From Zancudomyces culisetae HAW-14-8 (Eukaryota > Fungi > Kickxellomycota), in assembly GCA_052426225.1 (NCBI GenBank), contig JBNJNM010000023.1:496001-560000 (forward strand): a DNA stretch of 64,000 bases, given 5' to 3'. The translations under genes were made by a program, and so were the position numbers. Below the pieces are notes generated by a model. It was not told the DNA's origin. It saw only the letters and a list, made by a program, of their open reading frames with translations, and did not search any database. Positions 35,401-50,400 of this stretch are shown one piece after another (the stretch's first letter is position 1; every line of letters begins with the position of its first letter).

Positions 35401-38400
35401 ATCTCAGGTTTAAAATTAATATAAATAGTGTGTTAAAAAATTTATTATGCTTCTACAGTAATAACAGCGGTTGTGATAATTTGATAGTAGTGATTTGGTC
35501 CGATACGTTAGTAGTATTTATGTTTTATTTATATATATATATATTTTGATATGTATGAATTATAATATTATTAAGTTTATCATAATAATTATATAATTTA
35601 TATATTATTATATACTGTATAATTTTGACATAATTAACATAATACAATATTTTTTCTACAATTATGATGGATTTAATACATATATAGTATATTATAATAT
35701 ATTATATGTTATATTATAGGATGATATGAGATGAATATTATAATATTAATTATATGTAAATTATATCAAATACATATAATAATCATTATTCATTTGTTTT
35801 TAATATTATATATTTTAAAAATTATATTTATTTTAGTCATTAAATCATATATATTTACATATTAAATATTTTTAAACACAAAATCGATTTGATAATTTAA
35901 TGTTATTGGATATTATATTAATCTATGTGAAATATATTATCTCAAAGAGTATTAATATATATATATATAATGAAATCATGTAATATTGGTAATTAAAATG
36001 TGATAATTACATATGTATACGTATATATAATTTATTAAATATTTATAACAATAATTTTGATTAATTTGGATCAAAATAATATTAATATAATATAGTATTA
36101 AAATCATTATATATATATATAAAATATTAATATTATATAAATTATACATTATGTTATATTCATATATTATTATGTAAAAAAAATTAAATACATATATAAA
36201 TGTATATCAATCATTTGCGGCATATAGTTACATTTATGACCAATATATTGAATATATAATTTTTATTTAATTTACATGTTATAAAAATATATAATCATAA
36301 AAATCTAATAATGTATTTATTATAATATTGTGTTTTTTATGAATATCTAACATCATATAATAAGTAGTTTATATAACATAATGATATTAATTAGCATTTA
36401 TAATTTGTTGATTTATTATGATATCAGAAATTATTGATATCATTCGGATCGTGATAATTTATATTACTCGAATTTCCAATATATATATATTAGATAACCA
36501 ATATATATATAGTACAAATATTGTATTATCTTATTAAATTGTGTTATTTACATATATGTGGATATCTTTATCATTTTCTGGTATAATTAAATATGTCCAA
36601 TTTTTTAATATTTATATAGTTTTAACATATAATTATAATAGATATTGATATCGAAAATAATTATATAAATAAAATATAAATGATATGTGTGGCATGTAAA
36701 AATGATTAAATTGATATTTAATTTTCCTTTAAATATATAATAATATTAAAACTAATAATAATAAATTACATATTTTTAAATCAAACATATCTATTATAAT
36801 AATAATAGTAATTATTTATATGTTAATTTAATACATACATACTATTATCAATACTTATCATTTGTATAATAACGTGATTAATTCTAAATAATTATAAAAT
36901 ATTATTATTATTCAAAAATAACATATATATATTATACATGTTAATCATTAATGGAATTATACGTACACATAATAAAATTATAATGTTAAAAAATTTATAT
37001 TTATTATATAATTCAGATTATATGTTTTATATAATATTATTATATTACATTTATATTCATATTATTATATTCTATATCACATACAATTAATTTGTAATCG
37101 CTTTAAAATATAAAATAATTATATGAAAAAATTTAAAATGGATTTAAATATCCATAATCATATATATTTATTATATATGAGGCATAATTATATTTATTAA
37201 CTTTAGATAATAAACTGATGTCAAAATATTTATATATAATATATAACTAATAACCAAAACTATATATGAGTATACTAATATGTTAAGTATAATACAATAA
37301 TATTGTGTAACACTATATATATAATACATAATGATTTCATATCACCATAATTTGCCATAAATTGTTCAATTATTTATTTGTAATATAATCAATGGTCATT
37401 GTATGTTAAAATAATGCAAATTTATAACATGATAATTATTTATTAATTACATTAGGTATAATAAACTATTTATAAAAGTAATTAATATAAATTAAAGGAA
37501 ATAATATCTATATTATATGTAATATCTGTATACAATATAGTATGCACAATATAATATTTTAAATATTAAATAATAATATTTGATTACAAATTACATACAT
37601 TAAATGTTGCATTATATCAGATATATATATATAATCTTTTTTTAAAAAAAAAGTTACAAATGTTCGATAAATACATTTATATATATATATATCGGTATAA
37701 ATGTAAAATATATGTTATGTATTTCGTGTTATTATTAATTTACACTTAGAACTTTAGAATATTCAATGAATATTACATATATATATTAATATAATATTAC
37801 ATATTTAATTATATGCATGTGTACTTAATTAATATACTATAGATATTAATATATCGTTTTATATAATATAAATCTTACAATGTTACACATATCACGTTAA
37901 TGTATATAATTAAATATAATATTATTGTTTTGTAATATTATATCTAATTAGATATTATATTTACATTATATATTATATATAAAAATCTAATATATATGTA
38001 ATTAATATTATATGTATATCATATATACTTATGTATGTGATGATAATATTTATAATGATTATATCAACTACGATAATTAGCGATATCAAATAATATACAT
38101 TATATTAATTAAAGTTACATGCTATAAATTAATAATTCAAATGTGATATTTTTTACACATAATAATAAATTAAAGATGAGTAATAATATATTGTGATAGA
38201 TATAGTATATGTAATATTAAATATTAAATATATTATTATTTTGAATTGACTTGTATAAACTTAATTGCAAATAATGTTTTAAAAATTTACTATATATCTG
38301 CATAGTATATTTATTTTGATAATGTATGTGCAATCATATTTTGAATCCAATTTATATATCCATTTAGATATATCTCATACAAATTTATACAATATGTAAT

Positions 38401-39780
38401 ATAAATGCATATTAATTTAAATTATAATTAAGTTGTATATATATCATATATATTGTTACAATAGTCATGTATATATAACATTATATAATTATTATAATTA
38501 TACAATTAAATATAATATAATTATAATAATTCCATCTATAATTTTTATTCACGAAAACTATAATCATTAACATATACATTTGTAATAATATTATATGTTA
38601 TAAAGTATGTATATAGTACAAATGTTAACATATTATTTTTTGCATTGTCTATATTTATAAATATATAATTCGTTAATTATTATACAATATTAATTAAATC
38701 GAATTGACAAATCATTAGTATATTAAAAACCTATATTTTATTCAAAAAACAATATATATATATTATGTATATGTAAAAATCTATCCAATATGGTATGTAA
38801 ATCGTTACATTTTTATTTTGTTTAAAAATATATATAAAGATTTTAAATATCGTTATACCAGTATGTAATATATAACAACACTATTATGTTATTTGTTTAT
38901 ACATAATTCGATAATATATTATCATAATAATATGCAATATATATTGTTCATATTAGTTTATTATACTAAATTTAATATCTGAATATAAATATTTATTACA
39001 CTATATTTATATGTACATTAAACATATAATATATATATATGTATTATTTGACTAATAACATCTTTAATTGAATGTATATAAGCTGACTTGCGTGCGTTAC
39101 ATTATTATTTTCAGTTTTGTAATTGTTATGTATGTTACAATTTGTATATAATTTTTTTGTTTTAAGATCATCGCTTATTATTCATATGTATTAATAATGC
39201 TACAATGTATAATAATCGAATAATATATATATATTATATATTTAATGTATTTTTGATAAATTTTAAATAACTAAAAACTGTAATAGTCTTATCACATAAA
39301 AGCACAATATAATATGTAATATAAACGTATAGGCGATATTACATGTTATGTTTTGTAAATACAATAAATTATCGAAATTGGAACATTAACTGTAAAAAAT
39401 TTTATTGTGTATTATAATAACACAATGAATGAAAACAAATCTGTCCATAATTTTTTTATGTATAAATATTTTACTGATATTATAAATATTTTTTGATTAA
39501 TATATATATAAATATATCAATAAAGATTAACAATACTAAAATTATTATAATAATACAACTTATATGAATAATGAATATCAGTAATAATAAGCAATATACA
39601 CAAATATAATTATAATAAATATAAAAAATATTAATAACTATATTTAATATTAACAATAAATATTAATACTATATAATATTTTATGGTATTTAATAATCGT
39701 TACTGATATGATACTGTAAATTCTTAACAAACTAGAATAATAATGTATGCCATGTTATTAATACGTATACATATATACAT
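35400..39780. other. Extremely AT-rich, ORF-free block
   Basis: Roughly 85% A+T by eye, dominated by ATAT/TATA/ACAT/ATGT. No ORF in the supplied track and no obvious tandem unit. Confidence 0.9.
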
Positions 39781-42700
39781 ATGTATCTTCATGTGTTGTG
39801 GAAATTGTAGTTTAATGTGACGTCGTTTATTGTTCCTATAATTTTGAATGACCTATCATTTTGTTATCCAACTTATTTGTAGGTCTTGTAGTTTGTATAT
39901 TTTTACGTATTAACCATACTTTATCACCTATTTTAAACTTTGGATGTCGTTTTCGGTTTCTGTCAGCAAACTTTTTACCAGTTTTAATAGCATTTTGTAA
40001 CACTTTTTTGATGTCATGATGATGTTTTTCCAGTTCTATAACACGGTTTTCAGCACTTGGAATTAACTTAATAGTTGGTATTTGCGGAGTAAATGATGTA
40101 TAAAAACCACATAAAGCTTTAAATGGTGTCATCTTTATTGCACTGTGATAAGCATTAAAGTATGAATATTCAGCCAATGGAAGTAGTTTCACCAGTTATA
40201 TGCATATAATCACTGTAACACCTCAAATATAGCTCCAATGTTTGATTAGTACGCTCAGTTTGACCATTAGTTTCAGGGTGATTAGCACTAGAAAGTTATA
40301 TTTTTACGTTTAAAAGTTTGTAAAAACCCTTCCAAAACTTGCTTATAAACTGAGATCCTCGATCAGAAATGATCTTATCAGGTGTACCATGTAGTTTAAA
40401 CACGTTTTTAATGTATGCAGTAACAGTTTCGGGTGAAGTCGGCAACTTTTTAAATGGTATGAAATGTGCCATTTTAGTATATCTATCAACAATAACCATT
40501 ATTGTTGTATACCCGTTTGACTTTGGGAGATCATTAATAAAGTATATAAAAATTGATTTCCATGGTCCAGATGCTATAGGTATCGGTTATAGCAATCCAT
40601 ACTGTTTATGACTACTACTTTTAATTTATTGATATACATTTCACGTTTTATGTATATTCTATATATTTCAATATTTGTTTTATAAAATAGTTTCTATCTA
40701 AATTTTTGATCGTTTTATGTAACCCAAAATGTCCAGCTGCACCTGAATTATATACATCATGAAGTAATTGCATTCTTAGTACATCAGGTACATAGTTTTT
40801 TTCATTTATATATATTAAACCATTACGTTTTATAATGATATCATATATATGTAGTTGATGATTTAAATCATTATATCAATATATTCTGCACAATATATGT
40901 TTTAATGTTGTTTATAAGTTCACTTTGTGGTATTATGATTGCATTATAAAATGTTTTCCTTCAATAATATTGTGATTAAAACTTTTGAATCATCACTAAT
41001 ACTATATCTTGTAAGTGCATCAGGTTTACCACTTTGTTTTCTTGGTCTGTAGGTGATGTCAAAGTCATATTCATATAGTAATAATGACCATCTTGCATGT
41101 CTTCTGTTCAATGTTTTAGCGTTTTTAAATGATTCTAAATTCTTATGATAAGGATATATTAAGAATTTGTGTGATGCTACTTGTAAGTAATGACGCCATT
41201 CTTTAATTGCATTATTAATTGCTAACAGTTCTTTGTCATATTATCATAATTTATTTCAGCTTTATCCAGTTTATGAGAGTAATATGCACATGGAGCGAGC
41301 ATCCCATCATCATTATATTGTGATAAAATAGCTCCAATTGCATAATCTGAAGCATTCGTTTCAACTATAAACTGTTTATCTGGGTTCGGATATTGTAATA
41401 TTGATGTAGATGTCAACATATTTTTTATTGTATCAAATGCATTTTGCTCTTTAGATGACCATTCCCACTTTTATCCTTTTTTAACAGCTCTGTAAGTGGT
41501 CTAGTAAATTTGGAAAACCCTTCAATAAACTTCCTGTAATAATTTGCGAAGCCCATAAATACTTGAATATCTTTTGGTTTTGTTGGTGTATTCCACTCAT
41601 GCACACATTTAGTCTTTTCTGGATCAGATGGTATGCCTTTATCACTAATAATATGGCCTAAAAATGTCACTTTTTTGACATCAAACTCGCATTTTTCGAG
41701 TTTACAATACAGTTTATGCTTCCATAATTTGCTTAAAACATTTTAACATGCTCCGTATGTTGATTTATATCAGGTGAAAAGATTAGTATATCATATAGAT
41801 ATGATATTGCGTAAACATCCAATATATCTCTTAACACATCATTAATAAAATGTTGAAAAGTTGCGGGTGCATTAGTCAAACCAAATGGCATAACTTGATA
41901 CTCGTAATGTCCATATCTGCATCTACAAGCGGTTTTAGATTCATCACCTTGCTTAATTCTGACCAAGTTATATGCACTACGAAGATCCAATTTTGTAAAT
42001 ATTCGTGCATCCTTTAATCTATCAAACACCTCATCAATTCTAGGCAACGGATACCTGTTTTTAATAGTGTTTTCATTCAGTTTTCTGTAATCTACACACA
42101 GTCTTAACTCGCCAGATTTCTTTTTTACAAACATTATAGGCGCACCATAAGGTGATTTTGAATGCCTTATAAACTTGTTTGCAAGATTATTGACAATGTA
42201 CGACTTTAATTCAGTGAGTTCAGTTTGCGATAGTGGGTATATTGGACCCCAAAACGGTTTAGAATCTTCTTTTAAATCGATTCTGCAGTCATATATGCGA
42301 TGATTTGGCAATATTTCAGCCATTTTTATATCAAAGACGTCATTAAATTCAATATATTATGTAGGTATATTAGTAGGAGTAGTAGTAGTATCCGTATTGT
42401 TATCATTTAAAACAGTTTTGATGTTAGTATCATACTTGAAAAGTATTTTAATATCCATTTTTTCATCAAAATTTTTATTAAAATTTTGTGTGTTTTCAGT
42501 TGAAAAACCATCAATATCCATTGAATTTGTATCGTTTTGTATTTTAAAACTATTATCCAAGTTATCTAGTGTTGTTGCAGTAGTATTAGATGTAATTGGA
42601 GTAACTTGAGTAGCAGATGGAATTACTAATGGTGTTCTTTTTTTGATATTTTTAACTTTTATAGGCTTAAAAGTAGGTGTTGATATTGGGTATAACTCTG

Positions 42701-45510
42701 CATCAAGGTTCAAGTTTTTAGTAGTTGTGGTTTCAGTAGTTGGTGATGAAGTAGTACTACCTTCATTGGTAGTTTCAGGTTCAATGGATGTTTCCTTTGT
42801 ATTTTTTAAATCAGCTTTAGTTAATATTTTTTCACTATTTTCATAATTTTTTGAATTTTTTCTTAAATTTTTTGTATTTATTCTTTGATAAATATCAGTT
42901 GTGACACTTACAATTGAGTCACGATTTGTGTTTGAGTATATATCTGATGAATTTTCAGCAACATATGCTGGTTTGGTAGTGTTATCTTCTATATTTTCAT
43001 TCATTTTTCCATTTTTAAACTCATTATTATCACTTTTTCCATGAAAAATGATACTTTGATTTTTTTTTGTAATGTCAATTATTTTTTGTTCTTCATCTTC
43101 ACTATCTGATATATTATATTTTTCTTGTATCGCTTTTATGTTTTGCAAATACATTTGTTGTACGAGTTAGTTTAGTTCACTAGAAGTCATATTTTCATCA
43201 AATTCAATGTCATAATTGTTGATTTTTTACTATTTTTGTTAGATTTTTTTCAATAACTTCTTGTTTTTGTTCATTGATATCCGAATTATTAGTATGTGGT
43301 GGACTAAACATATCATGATCAAGTAAATATATATAATTACTATAATCATCTGTTTGTACAGCATCTGAGACCTTATTTTTCTCACGTGACACTTATTTCT
43401 TTACAATATTTTTAACCTTATTGTATGTATTTGTACCTTTTTGAGCAACGTTTTGTCCAGAGTTAAACAGATATGATTTTAGTTTAGACATAATAGTATT
43501 TGATTGTTCAGTAATGGCTTTAGCAGTGCTGTTTTGTCTAAAATAACTGCATTATCATCACTTTTTATACTATTTTCATCACTATTTATTACATTTTGTT
43601 CACTTTTATCATCCTCAGATGATACTTCTGGTTTGTATATAACATCTACTGGCATCTTGTGATGTACACAATTGTTCAAACAGTAATCAGAATTAAATAA
43701 GATGTCGAAAGTATCCCAATTGATACTTGGATTGTGCTTTTTTAACCATGACATGCCTAAAATCACATGACCATGAACAGTTTATATTATATGTAAGTTG
43801 ATGCTTTCTGTGTGACCATTTCCGATTGAAACTTTGATATCATTGTATAAATGGTTAATACCAGTTGTACTAATCATGTTACCATCAATAGATTCAATAC
43901 TGAATGGGATTTCAAGTGGTGAAGGTAATAATTTTAACTTTTTTGCGACATTAATGTCGATAAAGTTGACAGAAGAACCACTATCAATGAGGCAGTCAAC
44001 TTGAATTGGTTCTGTGATGTCATTAAAAATATTTACAGAAATAATTGGTCTGTTATATGCAGCTAAATTACTGTTTTTATTGCAAAACACGTTGTCCAAA
44101 ACATGTTTTTTGACCATTAATTCTTCACCTTTTTGATGTTTTTTATCATTATTATGTTGTTTAATCATCCTGTTGTTGCACTCAGCATACAGATGACCTT
44201 TTAAACCACACTTAAAACACTTTCTGTTGTTAGATATGTTTACATTTGTTGGTTTAATACTTTTTATAGATACTTTTGGTGATGGTTTTAGTTGTTTTTT
44301 GTCATTATTATGAGCATTTTGATGAGCATTGTGATAGTTTTTGATGTATAATTTTTGTTTGAAATCAATATTAGAGTTTTCAGTATAGCTATTATATGCT
44401 ATAATCCTGTTTTCCACTTCATTGGCATTCTGAATTAGTGTATTAAGATCATCACATATTGGCTTCATTATCAAATATTGGTGAATGTTTTTGTTTAAAC
44501 CTCTCATAAATTGATCCATTAATGCAACATCTTTAAATCCTGATCCTCTTCCCAGCTCTCTAAATTCAGTAGCATATTGTAATACTGATTTAGTCCCCTG
44601 GATGCATCTACGCAAACCATTTGCGCACTTGATCTGGTAACTTGGGTCCGAAAAACTGGTACTGAAATGACCATAAAATGCTGCAAAATCCTTCAATAAT
44701 TCGCTATTTGTTCTGATCAAATCTTGAAACCACATGGCGGCATGTCCTTCCAAATGTGCTCCAATGAATACTATATTTGTTTTTTCATTTTTAAACGCTG
44801 TATCATTAGCCCAAAAATGCATCTCCAGGTTTGCGGAAAAATAATTGAAATTGTCCGGGTTTCCATCAAACTTTTTAATAATTGTGAGTCTGAATTGTGA
44901 TAAAATTTTTTGATTCTCCACACTCATTTTGGATTAATTATTTAATTTTTTAATATCAACTAATGATGAAAAATTTTATTAATTGTAAATTAATTTTACT
45001 ATACTATAATAAGAAGTTTGTCAATATGTTAGATACCAATATTATACACAATAATATTGATAATAACTAATTAACACACAGTTAATTTATAAAAGTTATT
45101 ATTCATTATACTAGTTTAAAACACACAGTAATAATATAATATTAGTTAATAATATCTTTATTATTGTTAAACGAGATTGACAAACTTAATTGTTCATGAA
45201 TGGGATTAGTATTACCTTTTATACAAATAAGTTTGTACTAAAGCTTTAATGTAAACTAAAACTATTAATATAACTAATATTAATAAACAAATAAACTAAT
45301 ATCATTAATATACACAATATTAATGATGATACATTGTATATTGATCATGTGTATCGATATTAATGTTTTAAACTAATTATTAAGTTTTAATTAAAATATA
45401 TAAACTAATAATTAATAAATATTATTGATACACTTGTAATATCATTAATATTAATTAATTAATATTGATAAAATATACAATACTGTTATGGTACATGTGT
45501 ATTCATAACA
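39780..45510 (-). mobile_element. Decayed Ty3/Gypsy element (gag-protease in one ORF), 5' LTR 45027-45510, 3' end lost in the AT block
   Basis: gag with CFKCGLKGHLYAEC and protease LIDSGS in 43782-44927. RT 41733-42323 ([13 protein letters not shown]), RNase H (VETNASDYAIGA) and integrase fragments 39836-40560. LTR TGTTATGAAT...TATCTAACA. Confidence 0.92.
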
Positions 45511-45514
45511 TATA

Positions 45515-47116
45515 AAGTGACTCAAAAAATTGTTCAAATGTTATTGATGTATTTAAAAAATTATTATAATACACGTAAACTATATCGTATTACTATAAAT
45601 TTTACAATATTATACATCCATAATCAATGTGTTACCTAACTAATTATAGAAATATATAACTGCATATCAACTATAGTTAAACTATTTGTAAAAATATTAA
45701 TTAAAACAATTTTTTTGCAAAAATTAATAAAATATATATACGTAATTAAACTAGCATTTAGTATAGTCACCACTGGCTTTCAATACAGTATGAATTCTTG
45801 TTGACATGATAATGATTAGCGACATACACTCGTCACGTGATATATTATTCCACTCGTCTTGTACGCGGTCCCAAAGTTCGTTTATCCCTTTTGGTGCTTT
45901 TTCGTGATCTGACAGCCGTCTTTTCAAACTGACCCATAGATGTTCAATTGGATTTAGGTCAGGTGACTGCGCTGGCCAGTCAAGCACCTGAATTGAGTTT
46001 GTTTGCAACTAGGCTTTAGTGATTTTTGCGGTGAGTTTGGTCGTTATCATACTGAATAATTGATTTCCCTGTCTAAGTCGTACCATTTCATTGATTTTAC
46101 CAGTTCGTCTTCATGAATATTACAGTACAATTCTGTATTATGTCTGCATTCAATTATTGTAATATATTCTGGGCAAACTGAAGTCATGCTTCCCATATTT
46201 TGATTAAAACCTCCATCATGTTTTATAGATTTTTAACATGGTTCGGTTTTAACTGGCTCCCTTGTTTTTATCAGCACCACATGCGCCCATCTGACCCAAA
46301 TCAGTTAATTTTAGTCTCGTCAGACCATATCACACGTTTCCAGTCTACTGCAGTCCAATTCTGATATTTTTTAGCAAATGCAAGTCGTTGTTTAATAAGG
46401 CCTAATATTAGCATAGGTTTTTTGACCTTAGGTTTTGCACTTAAACCATATTTTATCAAGCTATTTTGCACTGTATGAGGAACCACAGATACAAGGCCAT
46501 TATCCTTGAGAAATTTTGTAGCGTCTGTCGCTGTATCAAATTGTCCAGACGTAATTTTCCGAATTATTAATTGCTCATTAGCTTTTGTTAATTTATTTGG
46601 GCTGCCAGGTGATAAATTTTTTATTGATAAACGATACTTTTTTTTTATGTTAGATATTGTCCCTTTACTAGTAGATAGTTTAGATGCAATTAGGCTATAT
46701 GAATCCATTATCCTGCAGATTTATAACACTCCAAACTTTTTCATTATTGAGTTTATTCATCGTATTTAAATTGATCAAAAATTTATATTTAAATTATTTA
46801 ATGTATTGTGTAGATAACTGTGATTTATAACTAGTAATCTATAATTTTTTTAATTGATATCTAACATTATATAATAGATATCATCAAAATTGATAAATTT
46901 AATTTAAAATCAAATAATTGTTCAAATATAATTTTATTACAAAAAGTATAACAACAGTTGATAGGCTGGTTCAAGTAATCTAAAATTTTGATAATTAATA
47001 CATGGTATATTAATGTATATAATTGTAATTTTTATAGTGATACGATATAATATTCGTGAGAAATAATAATTTTTGAATGAACATCAAAAACATTTGAACA
47101 ATTTTTTGAGTCACTG
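45515..47116 (-). mobile_element. Tc1/mariner DNA transposon with ~190-bp TIRs
   Basis: Transposase fragments WKRVIWSDETKIN and WPAQSPDLNPIEHLW. TIRs (C/A)AGTGACTCAAAAAATTGTTCAAATG at both ends, flanked by TA. Confidence 0.92.
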
Positions 47117-47419
47117 TATAATATTCAATAGTTAGAGTATATAATATCAACAGAAAAAGCTTATATCTGCTGAATAGCACACTGGAAATCTTAGGACTGT
47201 TAGGATCGGTAGTTATATAAGATGAGCTGTTATTTTTCGCCAATAGTTTTATCTACCATGAGACATAAACCAGTCTGATGGCATGATATGTGACACACAA
47301 CTCAACATAATTATGGTCGCCAATGAATACTACACGCTTGGTCAATCATGTTAACCTAAAATACTAGATATTGAATATTTAAAATTTACTTTCTCTCTTT
47401 ACTTTGAAAAAAATGTATT

Positions 47420-50400
47420 TCTTGAGTCAACCAATCAAATTGCAGCTTTTTTAATGATAAGAACACAGTTTTTTAACCAGCAAAACCAACGATGATGAAG
47501 GGGGTAGAAAACAACAATCACGGTAAATCCGGTACTGGAGGAGCCAAAAAACGTCAACGCACAAGTTTCTGTGATGCGGTAACAAGACAAGGAGATGGAA
47601 TCGGGATGGACAACTCGAATCAAACAGCCACATTCTCATTTGTAGCAAGGCGCAAGCAGCCACAAAACGTTCCTATGTTTAATGACCCGAAACAGTATGT
47701 GGAAAAATCAATCTTCCATTACAGTACTGGAAAGGAAGAAAAACAAGTCAGAAGACTGACAATGAGGGGCTCAGATTCGACTATTGGAATACATTGGTCG
47801 CAATTTGGAAAAAATTACAACTTGGGTATGCACACAGTCATACAACGCCTAGGCATATATGAGAACACAATAGATCACGATAATGCAAACCGTACTTCGT
47901 ATTGGATCTTTGAGTCTCCTGAAGTAGCTAATGAGGTTTATGAACGGATACTCATGTTGACAGGAAAAGAGTTGAATTCTTTAAGACGGTCAAGTATAAG
48001 GAGTATGTAACGTTCATTAATGTCACAAACTTCTCAGGGATAGGATTCGCCAAAGACTTCGCCAAAGAAATTATGAATTAATTGTTTAATTATGGAAAAA
48101 TACTTGACGCTACAGGAATGTTTGTAAGGGGATCCAAGTCTATGATCCCATACAAGATGAAGATACTCTTGGAAAATAAGGAGGAGAATGAGAATGAGAT
48201 CAAGATTCCGAGCACACTGGAAATAAACGGAATCAAAGTAGCAATGTTCTGGAAGGGCTGCGACCCAATGTTTATCTACTTAAAGGGCAAGGTCACTGGA
48301 AGAACGACTGTCCCGAGCTTGAAAGGAAAGGGAGAAGCAAATAATTGCCAGACACGAGAGGAAAGCAAAGAAGCAGGCGAAGAAGGAGTTTACAGCTAGA
48401 GTAAAAGCAAAACTTAAACCAGTGAAGGCGGTACAAGTACAGACACGTAGATTGGATCCTGGAATAAACCAACAAAGGGATATGAGCGTACAGAAGTGGC
48501 TATAATGATGCCACAGAGTGAATACACGGCCTCGAACGGAGTAGGGTCAAACCTACAACAGTCCAAAGGAAAAGTTTTGAAGCTTACTACGATGACCAGT
48601 AGTAGTTTTAATTGTGTTAATAGCGTTGGTAGCAATAATAATACTAAACAAACTGGTTCAAATAAAACTATTATATCAGAAGAACTATCTTTTGTAGAAC
48701 AAATTAGCAGAGAGATGTACGAAAAGAGAAAGGCAAAGGGACAATACTACACCTCTAAAACAAAGATAGTATAACTTAACTTACCTACTGAAAAACAAGT
48801 AGCACCACAAAATACTACGCCAGATCACGTGACTATTGCACCAGCTCAGCCAGATTCGAGATTCGAATTTCAAAATCAGGAGGGTGCAATAAACGCTGAT
48901 ACGTTTACAGTAGTTAGAAAACCCCAAACCCGATACCCAAAGGTAATCGACTCAGACCCATCGAGCGAGAGTGTGCAGATGGACGAAGATTCAGAATCCG
49001 AAATGAGTTGGGAAAAAAGTGGTCAGGTGGGGATTCGAACCCAGGACCACACTCAGGGCGAATTTCAGGATGCACTGAGTCATGGCGCTGAGTCTAGCGA
49101 CAATGAGGAGGGCGAAATTAGGGAAGACTAATCACCAAATCTCGACTCAGCGGGGACCAAATGTGTCAGAAATGACCACTTGGGGACCCCCAAAAACACC
49201 ATTAATACACACAATAATGGTCAATAAGTACACTGGACAACAGGAAAAAAGGGATAACTGGAGACAAAAACTCCTGTTATGGAACATTGATGAGCTCAAA
49301 ACGAGCTCAGTAAAGCAAGTAATAAGGTATCAGGTGGGTAAAGTCTTGATACCTTCCGAATATTAAAAGTTAAACAATATAATAAACGTTATAGGTTCGA
49401 AAAACGAACAGAAAAAGCACTAATCTGGAGATTAGTGGTGACAAATTTGGAAACTAGTGAAAGCGCTGTGTGCAAACGGGAAATATAGAGGTCAAAAAAC
49501 ACAAGTTGCAACAGATATCAGCAAATACAACAATGATTCATTAAGTACAATAAGCTCAATATATATACTTACACTATAAGAGGAATTAAATGTTCTAAAG
49601 CCATATTTGAACACGTGATGTAAAGGAAACTACATATATTTTGGCAATACAAGAAAGATTACAAAGTAAGAAAGCATACAGGTGCAAAATACCTGGATAC
49701 ACGACCATAGAGGCGAAATCCGAGCTAGGGAGAGGAGGCAATCGACTATTGATTGCAGTGAAAAAGCAAACAGGGCTAAAACTAAATATTATAAAGCAGC
49801 ACCACACTGGATGATAGGATATTTAAATGGATAATGTGTTGATGGAGAGAAGATAGAAATGTTTATAATTAACGTCATTCCCCTCAACAGTATCTAGAAG
49901 TAAGAAGACAAGGGAGTCACTAGTCAAGCAGATTCGGAATATCAGGAAAAAAGTAATAAAATCAAAAATTCTAGTTTTGGAAGATTATAATATGGATAAT
50001 AAAAAGGCGAATACAATAATGTTAAAAAAGGCGAATAAATTCCATCAATCAAAAATTCAAAACTCTAAGCGTACTAGTAGAGTAGGAAGGAAATGGGTCG
50101 GATAACTTACCACATCTTTTACTCCAGATTCAATAGTAGACCTGAGAGCTGCAACGTCGACAATTCACTTGACTTGTCAGACCATCTACCAGTTCAAGTA
50201 AGATGGTCAATGAAACAACTGAAAAATGTGTAAAAGAGAAAAGGGATGAACATCAAAAAGATAAAAGAAAGCGCCGAGGAGTTCAAAACCAACAAAGGTT
50301 TTTAGCGCTGATGTACCTGGAGAACACGGGAAAAATGGCTGAAGAACTTAGAAATGCTGTGAATGAAACCGCCGAAGAATACGCCGGGAAGGATATTAGA

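Noticed and set aside
35400-39780. Classical RIP, or a mitochondrial insertion, as the source of the AT block
   Set aside because: Repeat pairs in the window do not show a C->T excess, no organellar genes are recognisable, and the edges grade into Gypsy sequence. Not formally excluded without computation.
49013-49100. Complete tRNA gene
   Set aside because: No D arm, anticodon arm or complementary 5' acceptor strand; T stem imperfect.
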